A stretch of DNA of 64,000 nucleotides from Bilabrum cf. latius (Eukaryota), in the NCBI GenBank assembly GCA_965178125.1, contig OZ237750.1:434001-498000 (forward strand). Reading direction: 5' to 3'. Shown one piece after another: positions 1-13,200 of this stretch (position 1 is its first letter; every line of letters starts with the position of its first letter). Below the pieces are notes generated by a model that was not told where the DNA came from, made no database searches, and worked only from the letters and a program-made list of their open reading frames with translations. Both the position numbers and the translations under genes were made by a program.

Positions 1-880
1 GCCACGTGAGAGGCCGGGGACGAGCCCCCGCGATGTGTCTCAGCAGCTGGTCGGAGCTCTCGGCGTCAACGAGCTTGCAGTCCGGTCCGATCTCAGTGCT
101 GAACAGCCGCCCCGCCCACTTGCGTGCCTCCCCCTTGCGCTTACCCGCTGCCGACAGGCCCTGCACCGCGCCGATGGGCGAGGGCAGGCCCGCTGCCTTG
201 ATGGCCGTGAGGCAGTCGTACGCGTGTTCCCCGAGGGCTTCATCGGGCCCGCGGCTGAGGTCCACGGCCATGACGAGTGCGTCGCAGACTCGCACAGTGG
301 CAAGGCATGCTTCCACGGTCAAGGTGGGGACCAGGGTGAACGTGAATCGCTGCTTGAGCTTTACGTAGGAAGCAGTCACGAACTTGCTTTGGCTGACGGA
401 TCCGTTGCTGAGCGTGGCCTGAACATCCGCCGAGCTGGCGAGAGAATCGATCAGGGCGCCCAGCCCGGTGCCACCGTGCGACAGAGAGATGAATCCGACA
501 ACTTTAGGCGTTCCATGACCACCACCTACGCCGAGACGCCGCTTTACCCTCAAGTTTCTCTGTTTCTCCAGCCGCTTTTGGGCTAGCTAATTGGTTCTAG
601 CTTGCCGGCTCGACTACGAGTTGGTTCTGCGCAGAAAGCTAGAGCCAATGTTTCAGATACAATAGCGTGAGATCCCATGCATGCACAAGAAGTGTTATGG
701 ATGATTTGCGAAAGCTCACTTGGCCATCGCAGCATACTTTGCACCAACGATACTCCTACCGGAACTCTCCACCCTGCCTCCGCTCTTCCGGTCCAAGGCG
801 CGCTTTGATGCATGGCCTCCCCCTTTATGTGCCTTGTTCCTCTATTTCTTTCGTCCCGAGCGGTGGTGGTGACCTGACAT
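1..880 (-). CDS. TSR1: Pre-rRNA-processing protein TSR1, 5' part (runs off window start); exons 880-720 and 626-<1
   Basis: Absent from the ORF track. With TAG=Gln it reads MSGHHHRSGRKKQRNKAHKGGGHASKRAL...RQARTNQLAQKRLEKQRNLRVKRRLG...KQRFTF...CLTAIKAAGLP, matching the TSR1 N-terminus. Intron 627-719 (GTGAG..CGCAG). In-frame TAG at 842-844, 614-616 and 587-589. Confidence 0.88.
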
Positions 881-999
881 ACGGTTAGCGCAGAATGTGA
901 GCGAGTTGCACTACAGAGGAGAACAGTAGTGCACGCTGCAGTGCAATGAAATTCATCAACACAATTTCGATGATCCTTCGAGCCCCACTGCCAGGGTGC
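881..999. promoter_or_regulatory. Putative bidirectional promoter between TSR1 and MOCS2A
   Basis: Only ~119 bp separates two divergent start codons. Inferred from geometry only. Confidence 0.45.
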
Positions 1000-1275
1000 A
1001 TGGCAGAAGTACCGGTTGCATTTGACGTTACTATACTGCTGTTTGCATCTGCTCGAGAGGCGTGCGGATCGAGCTCTCTCGAGGTATCGCTTCCAGGCCC
1101 GACATCCATCGCGGAAGTTCGCGAAGCCCTGAAGTCTATTGAAGAGCTGGGAGGAATACTGAAGGGGCAATCAGCTTTATTTGCTCTTAACGAGGAATAC
1201 GTCTTAGACGAGACTTCGGCAGTGGTAAGAAAGGGGGACAGCCTTGCATTGATTCCGCCGGTATCCGGGGGCTGA
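1000..1275 (+). CDS. MOCS2A: Molybdopterin synthase sulfur-carrier subunit (MoaD/ThiS family), 91 aa
   Basis: ILLFASAREACG...ALNEEYV...GDSLALIPPVSGG with the diagnostic C-terminal Gly-Gly, then TGA. In-frame upstream ATGs at 946 and 970 are alternative starts. Confidence 0.95.
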   Translation: MAEVPVAFDVTILLFASAREACGSSSLEVSLPGPTSIAEVREALKSIEELGGILKGQSALFALNEEYVLDETSAVVRKGDSLALIPPVSGG

Positions 1276-1313
1276 GAGTCCTTGAGACCGCTTGAACGCG
1301 ATATCTTCGAAGA

Positions 1314-2162
1314 ATGGAAGGAACAAGTGATAGCAAGGATACCACAGAGCCAGTTACCAGCTCTAGCAAGTGCCCCATCACGGTGCGGCTTGGCCCAAGC
1401 AGCGCGGGCATCCCGGAGCCATCGGCAGCTGAATTAAAGCACGACAACATTTGGGTTAGGATTTCAGGCGACAAGATAGCCCCCGAAGAATTGATCAAAT
1501 TTTGCACAAGACCAAAAGCCGGCGGCATCGGCGTATTCCTGGGGACCACTCGCGATTCGTTCAAGGGCAAGAAAGTGGTCCGGCTAGAATACGAAGGCTT
1601 CTCCAAGATGGCCGCCGCCACGGGCGTCCGGCTGTGCCAGCAGGCGATGGATACTTTTAAACTATCCGCCACAGGCGTCTTTCATCGGCTCGGCAGCGTG
1701 CCTGTGACGGAGAGCAGCGTCGTGGTTGTGGCAAGCTCCGTGCATAGGCGTGAGGCGATGCAGGCGGCTGGGTGGCTCATTGACGAGGTGAAGGCGAGGC
1801 TGCCTGTGTGGAAGCTAGAGTGGTACTAGGGTGATGAAAGGGCCTGGAAAGAGAACTGCGAGTGCGCGTTCGAGGCCATGAAGCGGAGGGCCAGCGAGCG
1901 TGAGGCGGCAGGGGCAGGGGCAGGGACAGGGGCAGGGGCAGGGGCAGGGGCAGGGGCAGGGGCAGGGGCAGGGGCAGGGGCAGGGGCAGGGGCAGGTGCT
2001 CCCAGCACCTGTGCGAGTGGTGCCTCTGAGGAATGCGGGCATGACCACGATCACCCACACCGTGGAGGGGGGGCTGAATCTAAAGGCGGGTTACCAGGGG
2101 TGTCACTCTCCGGGTCATCACCATCCCATGCAATTGACAGAACCATGGTACCAGTGGGGTGA
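1314..2162 (+). CDS. MOCS2B: Molybdopterin synthase catalytic subunit (MoaE family), 282 aa with low-complexity tail
   Basis: GGIGVFLGTTRDSFKGKKVVRLEYE, HRLGSVPVTESSVVVVASSVHRREA, LPVWKLEWY[TAG 1827-1829]GDERAWKENCEC. The conserved WKEN.EC end lies after the TAG. Ends at TGA. Confidence 0.93.
1908..1996 (+). repeat. (GGGGCA)n hexanucleotide tandem repeat encoding poly(Gly-Ala) in the MOCS2B tail
   Basis: About 15 near-perfect copies, directly visible. Confidence 0.95.
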
Positions 2163-2395
2163 ACCTGGTGGCTAGATCCATGGTATTACCATGGGCGTGC
2201 ATTTTGACTCATTTTTCGAGCCATGGTTTAGATATCTGCCGTGTGACAGAATGACACTTCTACCCTACATTTTGCATCAATATAGCGTCGGTCTGTCATT
2301 TTTCATTTTTGGCCACCTCGGCGAGTGCACTGCACGCTCGTGGACGGATCCTCACTGATGGCATCATCACTGCAGACCAGACCGCGGTGCCGACA

Positions 2396-3927
2396 ATGAA
2401 AAGTCTCATATCTATGATTGCACTTACCGCGGGACTTTCCTTTGCAAATTCTGTGGACCCTATTGGTTTTGCTCGAGTCGTGGTTGACACGCGCAGCAAT
2501 TCCAATTGGCTTGCTATCAACGAGACCATTTTCTTAACGTAGGGCATCAACCATGTCAACGACGGCGGCCTTGATGAGTGAGATGAAGTTTTTGTACAAT
2601 CAATCAGCGGCGAGTATGGACTGTGGCATGGTGCTCAGATTTGTGTATCCTTTGGCGATCCGAGCCCTGTCATCGTTCTTCTCGCAGTGGAGTGGGTGGC
2701 CGCGAGTCGTCTCAGTGCCAAGCGAGGACTGGAAATCCAAATTGTGGCGACTCTCTAAATTTTTGCGGCGCTCTCAATGTGTCAGTGTATCACGCATCGC
2801 TGATGGGAACCTACGGCAACTCTTCCTCGCTGTGGGCATCGACTGCAGCCTCTCGCTTGAACCAGTGGGGCTTCAACACGTTGGGCGGCTGGAGCTCAGA
2901 CGAAGCATGCACTGTTGCCGGGAGAGAGCGAGGACTCTTGTGTGCTAAGCTGCTGGACATCGGCACTACGTGGCTCAACCATGATGGATTCGACAACGAC
3001 ATGTACTCGCCCGCGTGGCCCGCCCAGGCCAAGGCAGTCGCACAGAAAGTCGTTGCCCCCCGCAGCAACGACCCAATGCTTCTGGGCTGGCAGCTGGACA
3101 ATGAGCCCAAGTGGGGGACCCTGGCTCTCACTCCGTACCTCCAGCGGCCGGCAGGATCCGAAGGGCAGCAAGCAGCTGTGGCTTTCCTTAGATCTAAATA
3201 CGGCACCATTCAGGCCCTTGACAAGGCGTGGAATGTGCAAGCGTCCTCCTTCGATGACGTTGTCAACCACCTGAACGACCCTGGGATCGACAAGGCTGCC
3301 TTCGGTGCCGACAGTGACGCGTTCCTTGAGCAGACCGCTGGCGTGTATTTCAACGTGTCGTGCTCTGCCATCCGCGCCCACGACACCAACCACATGATCC
3401 TTGGTGTTCGCAATGCGTAGCTCCCCGTGCCTGTTATCAACGCGATGCGGGGGTTCGTCGATTTGGTGGACTAGCACGGATACGGAAACCTGCCGCCCTT
3501 CAACCTTGAGCAGATCCACAACATCACGGGTCTCCCAGTCATGGTGGGCGAGTTCTCTTTCACGGCAATCGATTCCAACCTGCCGAACACAAAGGGTGCG
3601 CGAGAGTACATTCCGTATTTGACCCAGAGGCAGAGGGCGACTGCATTCACGGCCTACGTGGAGCCTCTTATGTCCCTTCCGTTTGCCGTGGGATACCACT
3701 GGTGGCAGTACAACGATGAGCCTTACTTGGGCAGGTGGCCCGATGGAGAGGATTCTAACTATGGGGTGGTAAGCCAGTCGGACGAGCCGTACACTGCACT
3801 GGTCAACGAAATGACGCAGACGAACGCCCGGGTGCCTGGTCTACACGCGGCGGGTAAGCCTGTGCCGACCTGGTCCGACGTGCAGTCCGGTGTCGTCAAG
3901 ATTCTCCCACTGCAATACAGGTCCTGA
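2396..3927 (+). CDS. Secreted clan GH-A glycoside hydrolase, GH50/beta-agarase-like, ~473 aa; exons 2396-2577 and 2688-3927
   Basis: Signal-peptide-like MKSLISMIALTAGLSFA. Motifs GINHV, RLNQWGFNTLGGWS, DPMLLGWQLDNE, DTNHMILG, LPVMVGEFSF, VGYHWWQYNDEP, GRWPDGEDSNYGVV. Intron 2578-2687. In-frame TAG at 2540, 3418 and 3472. Ends at TGA. Confidence 0.8.
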
Positions 3928-4203
3928 AGGGGTACTCCACGATCGGAATCAGATCGGAATATTGCTAGGAGAAACGTCTTCGGGTGCTGGTCTGCCCGTG
4001 GTCAGGTTCCGTGTGCTCAGTGAGCACTCCTCACCCCGAGGCTGTGCGTGGGTCGCATACCTACATAGCTTCGTGGGCTGGTTTGATCCGGGGTTGGGTG
4101 CGCGCTCCGTTTGGTGTGAATAACTCATAAAACGAAATGGCATATTGATCTGTACAATACTAGTTTGCAGCGAAAAGGCCAACCAAAATAGATACCCCAA
4201 GGT

Positions 4204-7200
4204 TCACTGCCGGCAACCCGAAGTGTCGTCGTCATCACCGTCCTCGATCGCGGAAAGCAGCTGCTGCTCCAGCTCGCTCGCCTCGGCACGCGTCATGCCC
4301 GCGGCTTGCGCCATCGCGGAGGCTTCTTGCGATCCGCCGCCCAATGCTCGCAGCTGCCGCTGCAGGTCTGCGTAGGCCGCCGGGTCAGCATCTCCGTCCT
4401 CCTATTGCAGCTGATCGAGGATGCCAGCCACGTGCTAGTGATCGGCGTCTGCCGCCACTGCATCTCGACGCCTCTCCACGCTCGAGGCCGCGCCAGGCCT
4501 GCGGATCCCGAACTCGTCTTCCACTTCCCTATCCTGGTCCCACGTACGGTCGGTCCGGCGTCCGCGCGGGCCTCGAAGTCCAGTCTTGCGCCTCCCTCCC
4601 GTCGTGTTGCCAGTCCCTTGGACAGACGCGATTGCCTGACCCGCCGCTCGCTCGGCCTTGCCGACCACTCCATCGAGATGCTCCGTGGACGCGCCGAACA
4701 CGTGCTTCCTGCTGCTTCTGCTCCCGCGAGCGCCCGATGGTCCGGCGTCTGCCCGGGCGCCTCGGCTGCGGGACAGCTTCGTCCTTCCGCGCCCCGCGAA
4801 CCGAGAGGACTACAACTACGCCTTTGGCCTTGCCCTCTTCTTGCCTGCGTGGGTCTGATTGTTGCCATCGCCCTCGTCGTCACCGATGGCATCGTGAAGC
4901 TCGCTAAGAGCCCGCATGCCCCGCCGAGATAGCACCCGGCGTCCCTTCATGATGCCCAGTTGGGCTGGCGTCTGCGAAGCAAACCACTCGGCGTCATCTA
5001 GCACGTTTCCTTGAGTCCGACCCGTGACTTCCCGAAGGACCTCGATGGGCCCATTGAGCTTGCCGAGCACTCCAGTTAAGTGCTTCTGCGTTTCCTGGAC
5101 TGCAGCCGCCTCCCGTGGCAGCGAGCTAGTGTCCTGTGCCGCCTCTAGAGAGTCGCGCATTGCAGCCACGACCGCGCCTGGCGACCCCGCGTCCGGGCCG
5201 AGGGCATCGGCCTCTTCCTCCTGGCTTTGCTTGACGGCCATGGTGAGCATCTCGATGGCGGCGGGATCGCCCCTTCTGAAGGCCTCAAAGTCGACCCCAA
5301 TGCTATCGAGCATCTGCTTCGTGTTGTTCGCAAGCATCTCGCGCTCTGCTTCCAGCTGCTTCTGGTCGCTAGCACTCATGAAGTCTCCGGGAAGCTTCCC
5401 TTCTCTCAGCTTTGCCTCTGCCTCCTTGGCAAGTCGGTCGATATCGAGGCTGGCTGCGCTGCCTGCATCTTCGTCCTGGCGCTAGATCGACTCGAACTGT
5501 TCCATGAGTCCGCCCATCATTTGCAAAGGGTCGTCCTGCGCACTGCTGCTGTTGAGAGACTTGCTGGAATCAAGGCCATCCGGGGCGGCCTTGCGGACTT
5601 CGTCCTCACGATCAAACTGCAGAGGCAACGTCCTTCCCTTCGTCTTGGGTGCAGACTGACCGAGCTTGGCAGGATTTCTGACGGGTCTCCCATGGCCGTC
5701 CGTGTCTCCAAACGTATCAATCTCCCTCTTGAGCTGCCTGATGCGCACCCGAAACTCCTCAAGGACTGTGCGGGCACGAGCACCCTCCTCGCTGTCGCTC
5801 GGCTGCTCCGACACTGCACCCTCGAACTCGGCGCAGGTCTCCATCAGGGCGGTGCGCATGGCTGACCTAGTCACCAGCTTCCGCTGCACTGTCTCCCGCG
5901 ATAGGTCAACTTGCGCGGGCTCCACAACCGACACTTGCGACAGCCTGTCCAGCATGACTCGAACCAGCTTGCGGTTGAGCGCCTCTTGGATGGCATCTTC
6001 GGTTGGGCTCAGATTGGGCGTTTGCGCCAAGAAAACCCTGGCTTTAACCGGCGTCAGCCGTTCCTACCTTGGCTTGTTCGCGGTGCGCCCTTCCTCGTCG
6101 AGGTCTGGGGTCTCTCTACTGCCGTCCTTGCTGCCGTCCTCTGTATCCTTGAAGACAACGCTGGCCGCCTGATCTAGCGTCAGACCAGCAGCCTGCAGTC
6201 GATCCATTTCCTCCTTGGCAGCATGCACAGCACTCATGCTGGCACCCATCTTCTCTTCAATCTACACCCGTGCACGCGCGAGGGCTTGCTCTCTTGCCCA
6301 CTCAGCCGGCCGCCCCCCTTCCTCCTCCTGCCCGTCCACTGCAATCTCTTCATCCTCTAGCTGTTTGGCGCGGCGCATCGCAGCGACGGCTTCGGCAGGC
6401 ACCCCGCCAGCCAGCAGCGCAGCTTCTGGTGAGCCAGTCTCCTCCACTGACTGTTCAAATTGCTCCACCTGCTCGATGATGGTCCTCTCGAAGGAATTCA
6501 CGGGGGAGTTTATGGCAACGATGCGTGCTAGATCGACTGGGATGCCCAGGTCTTCCACGAGGTACTTGGCACGGCTCGCGAGCGGCTCAGGCAGCTCTGC
6601 GCCTCTTCGCCTGAGAGCTCTTGTGCTGTGCTCGCTGACCACCGCTTCTGCAACCGCGCTCTCGATGGGGCCCTGCACGCCGCTCTTGGCCCTAGCCGCC
6701 AGGACGTCGTCCGCCGTCTCGCCCTCCTTGGCCCCAAGCAGCTTGGCGAGAGATTCGCGCCTCTGCTTGGAGCTAGAGACGGCGAGGTGGGCTGGCAGCT
6801 GCGGCATAGGCGGCAAGGCAGACTCGGGCACGGTCTTGCCTTCATTCTTCTTAGAGTACTGCTGCGCGATCTCCTGGCATTTGGACTCCCACGCCTTGAG
6901 CTGCTCCGAGTATTTCGTCACTGCCTGCAGCTGTTTGGCAGATACGATGCCTTCGAGGCTGGACTACGGGGTGCTACCGCCGGTCTCGCTCGCCAGCGCA
7001 GCGGTGCGGGCCTTGAGATCCTCCGTGCCGGGAGCCCCCGACTCGATCAGGAAATCGGCAAAGGCCAAAAGGGCGTCCTCGCTCTCCGTGAGCTGATCCA
7101 TCGCAGCTGCGACGCCGAGCCTCTGGTCGCCTAGCTGACTGAGCAACTCGTCACGGAGCACATCAGCGCTGGGAATGGCCAGCTGAGCCAATGCCAGCTT

Positions 7201-10200
7201 GTCTTTACGCAACTACTCAGCAGGAGATATCTGCGGCTCGGTAGCATCGGGAGTAGTGCCTTGGCTGCGGTAATTCGGCTTGATCCGCCCACGAGCTGGC
7301 CTGCCCTCCATTTCGCGACTGAGCTCCTGCACCCGACGGATGACATCGTCCGTCGATTTGGCACCATGCGTCAATACGCTGGGAAGGGTGTCCTTCATGA
7401 CAGACAGGACTTTAACGTCATCGGCAGTCGAAGATTTACCACCTTGCGGGGCGCCCTTGGCAGTGCCACTGTCCACATTCGGTGCTGCTGCCTCAACGTC
7501 ATGTGCGGCACCACCAGTGACCGTCTCCTTGCGCTCGGGCTGGGTCTATTCGGCTCGCCGTTGGGCTGCTCTACGGCGCGCCCGCTCTCTAGCGGCTCGC
7601 ACGGCGTTCATGCGTGCCGTGGAGAGCCGCGCAAGTCGCAGGCGGCTCGCCGGAGTCACCACTTCTCTGGAAGGCCCAACGAACTTGCTGCCTTTCGCCA
7701 TCGCGATCTTCCGGAGGATGTCTGCTGTAGCTTGGATGGATTGCGATTGAGGCATTGGCTGCGGCGCAGTCTTACGCTTCCGACCTTTTGCGAGGTGCAT
7801 TGAAGGCTCTGAAGCTCTCCAACGCTGAATCTTCTGCAGAGACTTCGTATTCCGGCTCCTCGCGTCATACGACGGCACTGTCCTGTTCGGTACCTTGGTC
7901 CACATTGATTCCATCGATCGGCGGGAGAGCTCGATGGCGCGTAGAGTCTGCTCCATCTTGCGACCCTCCTCTGCGTGCTTGCCGAGGAGCGTGTGGAATG
8001 ACTCGGCGCTTCGCCCGTCCTGGCGGCGCGATCCATAGGCTGCTTCGTCGCGGGCCTGGGCCTAGCCGATGGCCCGAAGGAGGCGGTGCCTCACGGTGGA
8101 GTTCTTGATAGTGCCTGGTTTGATGGACGACAGTTGCTGCTTGGACAAGGACCGCAAGATGCGCTCTGTCATGAGGCCACGCTGTGCGAGCGCAGTGAGC
8201 TAGTCGCCGTCTAGCCTTCTTGGTCTGAGTCGCTTGAATAGGGAAGGTTTCAGCGGACGGACCTTGCGCTGCCTGCCCGACCTGCTGGCTGATTTCCCCC
8301 TCTAAACTGCTGTATTCGCCGATGATGATTGCTTCTGCTTCTCGCTTGCATCATCCTATGAGTTCTGCTCCGACTTTGACAGAGACTGTACAAATTGCTT
8401 TAGCTGCTCGTCTGCTTCCACCGCGAACTCCAGCAACGCCTCGAGTCTCGCCTCCGAGTGCGGGCCAAGTGGTAACCGATCCAGCGCCTGTAGCACCCCA
8501 CGGTACGGCGCAATCAGCCCCGGCCGGCGACTTAGTAGCTTCAGCAAGGCATGCATCGTGTCATCCTCTTCAGGTGGCATGCTAAGGATGGAGCGGATGT
8601 CCGTGCGAGAGCGCGTCTGAGAGATTGCGGGCGCGAGCTTGAACGGCACACCGTCAGCGGTGGAGCCAAGCAAGGCAGAATCCAATCCTCGATTCCGCCC
8701 GATTTCGGCGTCCCGAATCATGGCTTGGAAGTGAGCTGCCTGCTCGGGAGTCAGCTCTTCGAGGGCAGCGGTGTCGATCTTCGCCGCAGCCTCTTTGAGT
8801 TTCTCCTCGTGCGACTTTGCCTCTGCGGCTTCAGCACTCTCTGCGACCTTCGGTTCCTGCGGAGATCCACCCATTAGCTCTTCAGGAGTGCCTACCTGCT
8901 CCTCAGCAATCTCAGTCCTTTCGGCGGTTGGTCGCCCACCATCATCTGCGGCTTGGCTTTCGCTAGAACCTGCGCCCGCAAGCCGACCCTGATGCAGCAC
9001 GCTCTGGGCTCTCTCGTCTGCGGTCATGACGAGCTCGGATGGCAACCGAAGCTTCAAGATTTTTTCTTGCTCCTCTGGAGACAGGACCGTCTCGGCGGCT
9101 GTACTTCCACGCAAATTTGAGGGGCTGCTTCCAGTCCACTCGAAAAAGGCGATTCGCCTGACGTCCCAGCCCGCCGTGCGGAGGAGCCTCTCCTTCCAGC
9201 GCGAAGATGCGTTCAGATCTGTGGAAACGCCGTTCGACGACACATCAGATGTAGCCGCGTCTTCTGCGAGCATATTGTGCAAAAGGGCGAGTTGCAATAC
9301 AAATAGAATTGCAGCGCATTCGCTATTCGCACAGTGCTGCGAGTGGTTGCCACTCAATTGCTCGACTGTCCTAATATTCACGGACGACGAGCACTCAACA
9401 AAAGCGGCTGCGCCGCCAACCATGCCCGTAGGCTGCAGCAACCACCGAGGCGGAAGCGCGCCAGGCAGGCACCGGGTGGCAGCACTTATCTTGCAGCTCT
9501 GAAGAACCAAAATCCGCACCGGACACGGTCACTCGTTGCCGAGCTCCCGCGGCAGAAATCAGCAGATACAGAGTGCTTTCAATACAAATTAGCAGGGCAC
9601 TACACTACAAAACGAGGCAACAAACGAGCCAATAGACTATCACTGCACAATAAGAGCTATCCCTCACGCGGCAAGAAGTGATGCGGTCCGTCGACCTCGA
9701 GGCATACCATGCTGCTCGGCCACGCAGCATCCAAGTACAGCTGTTCATCTGTTAGGTACTCCCTATAAAACGGCTAGAAAGCTGCGGTTACGAGGATTGA
9801 ACAAGCAAAAAGGCATACCAGTGCATAGCAGGAACGAGCACTAAACAGAAGGGCAGGTGCACGCGCGCTACAGTCTTACACATCTTGCTTCGCAGAGAGA
9901 AGAGCACGTCACTCTGCAGCTGCGACTATTGCGCAGATGGCGTCGATTCTCCTGTTAAAGCATTCTGCACCGCAAATCGCAAACGCGGGGGCAGCTACAG
10001 CTGCTTCGGCCCTGACAATGTCCCAATCTTATCCAAGGTAAGCTGAATCTGCCTCAGCTGGACGATGGTCCTAGTACCGAGAACTTTCAGTACCTCTGTC
10101 TGGAGGCCAGCCAACGACTGCGTGCTTCCAGAGGCGTACTCACTAGAAATGTACCTCGAAGCCTGGAACACAGCGGCCAGTCCCTGCTGCAGCGGCGCTG

Positions 10201-13200
10201 CCAACTCCTCGGGCAGCTCCTTCCCTTCGCCCACGCAGCGGCTCCAAGTGGCCAGGCTCACAGAGGCGACCGTGGGCACCATATACTCGAGCAACTCATC
10301 GCGCAAAGCAGTCATGTCCGTGTCTCCTCCAGGACCACGGGCTGCAGCGGCCCACTCTTGTGCAGTTTCAGACAATTCAGCAGAAGCTGTCGCGCATATG
10401 CGACTGACAGCAGCCGCAACCTTGGCATAGGAAGCAGCTTCGGAGTCTCGCAGCCCGTAACCGGATGCCTGCAGGTTGTATAGAAACTGCACAGCATCTT
10501 CGAGCCGGATGGAGCTGGCCTGTCCCTCGCTCACAACATGCATGAAAGCATCTGCTGCTGCCTTGTCGAACACCGAGTTGCGCAAGCCGACCAGCATTAG
10601 TGCCCGCTGCAGCCGAACGAGAGACTGCACCGTGTCCTAGGATGAGCGACCTGACATGGGGCTGCTCTCCGAAAGTATGCCATCAAGATGCCCAGCGAGG
10701 ACCCTGGAGGCAATTGTTACGAGCTTGGTGTTGCCTTCCTTGTCATGCTAGGCCAGCCGAAGGATGCCACGAGACAGATCAGCAAAGCCACCGACCCCCA
10801 GCGATGCTGCTGTCTCCGCCGAGCCCAGCGCAGCACCGATGTTTCTCTTGACAGAGTCGACTACAGTCTGTGCAGTCGCCTCAACCTGCTCCGTGGCCTT
10901 GCCAAGCTCCCTCTGCGCCTGAGCTTTGACCGCGCTGAGGCCTTCCTTAAGCTCGTGTATTGTTGTCCTGCGACGTCCCACCGCACCACGTGCCGCCCTC
11001 TGCAGCTTCAATTCCATCTTGTCAGCAATATACTCAATCGAAGCTGCCGCCTGCTTGCATTGCAGGGCTGCCTGGGTGCTCTCGAGGGCAGAGTGCATCG
11101 ACTGCGCTGCTTCACGCACTGACTGTGAAGCAACATTCCTTCGCAATACCGACAAACCTACTCTGACTCCTTCCATGGCGCGCTTGGAGTCCAGTACGGC
11201 AGAGTGAAAGGTAATGAGAGCATCGTCTGCCTGATCCAAGAACCGGTTGTTGCTGCCCCCGTCAGCAGCCGCCACGGATTGCTGCATGTGCTAGCCAGCC
11301 ACAGCAAGGTCGCTCCTGGCCATATCGATGGCCCGCGACGCCATTCGCACCGCTCCTACGTACGCAGACGCGCCTACTGCCTCGATACCAGCCGCACGCG
11401 CAGGCGCCAGCAAGGCTGCTGAAAGGACGCTTCGTGTTGGAGACCTCAGGTCCATCCGCATGGCGATCTGTCGCAAGGCATCTGCAGCATCTTCCTGTGC
11501 TGCTGGGGGCTTCTGCATCGATTGCAACGTAGCTTCCCAGTCGTCCGAAAGGGGTGCATCGCTACTGTCCTCCTTTCTTTTCTCTAAAGCAGCGATCGCC
11601 CTCTCCACGAGCGGGTGGCGCCTCCCGTCCGTGCCCAGCGACATGAGATCGGCGAGGTCACGCAGCGTCTCAGGGTCAGAAGGGGTCCCTCCTCCGATCT
11701 GCTCCTGGGAAATCAGCAGCCGGGTCAGCGACGGCCTGCCAAGCGCAAAGAGCACGCTGGCGTTGAAGGTCTGGTCCAGCAGGAGAGCGGCGCTTGTCCC
11801 TGCCCCGGGCGCAGCCTCCTGCGCATCCAGGTCCTGCCCCGTGGCCCGCTGCAGCACCAGCCGAATCGTCGACTCGACGACTCTCCTTGGCTTCGATAGC
11901 GCCCCCTCCAGGTCCCTCACACCAGCGGGGGGCAGCCGCGCCCTCCGAGCGGCAAGCCGGACAGATGGCCCACAAGCCTCTCCTCGGGATTCGAGCGCTC
12001 TGCCAGCCAAGGCAAACGAGTCTATGGCGGCGTTCAGTGTTGGGCGGTGCATCGCGGCGGCAAAGAGCTGATCTGATTGGCTAGCGCTCCCATCGATGGT
12101 GCTGCGGCTGTCCTCTGTCGCAGGCCCTGTGATGCCGCCGCCAAGGATCTCCTCGGGGCTGGTGGAGGCATCAGCCAGCAAAGGGACAGCGAACCTTGAT
12201 ATCACCGCAGATGCCTTACGGATACCAAACGCGGCTACCGTCCTGCCCTCGACCGTGCACAGGGCATCGAAATCAGAGAGGGCGGCCCTGGACAGGTGCA
12301 CTGCACTGTCGACCGGCAGCGACCCCAGCTGTGGCGCAATCGCCTGCAGGAGCTGGTCTTTAATGGAAACAAATTCAGCAGTTGAAGAACTCTTCTCTGC
12401 AGGACTCCAGGCCCGGGAAAACCTCTGCAAGGTCTTATACACATCAACTGCGTGCATCAAGGGAGCATTCGATGATAGCTGCGCGTCCGATGCTGGCGAG
12501 CCACCTACCTTCTATGCTCCCAAGTATGCTATTGCATTCTACCCTACAACTCTGGAAATCTATGCAATACTGTTTATTCCAACCGACGACCCAGGTCCAC
12601 CAGCAGCTGCTGCAATTGCAAACAAACGCAGCTGAACCTACATGCTTGCATCTGTTGGCAGACCTTCTGCTGCCTAGTCTGCGCCAAGCGAAGACACGAT
12701 CACGTCCATAACATCATTCTTAATTCTAGTATCTGCATATGGCAGTATTCTGGTTAAGCTGGCCTGCGTGATGTCAAGGGTCTGTGATACCGACTACAAG
12801 TTCCCCGACTTCAATGCCATACCAACCGCGATCACAACATCGAGGGCATGTCTACAGTTATCTGCCAACTGGTCTGCAGGTAGTTTATCCTAATTGATGT
12901 TGCTTAGTCGCTATATTGCATCCGGTAATCGCTGCCCTAGTCCAGCATGTCGATCGGATAGCGAGTTTGCTCTTGCGTCAGATGAAGAAGCGCGTAGCAG
13001 TCTAGCTCGCGCCAAGACTTCGGGGCGTGCTTGCATCCGACTGAGTCTAGTCTTGCTGATTGATACCCTACGGCCCAATGGCGCCGAAATTCTTTGCAGA
13101 TGGCAGCAAAAGCATCGCTGCGTTGCTGCAAAGATCCTCGAGTACTAGAACTGAGCCGCAAATCGTGCTTTATCGAGATGACTACGCGATACGTTGCCTA

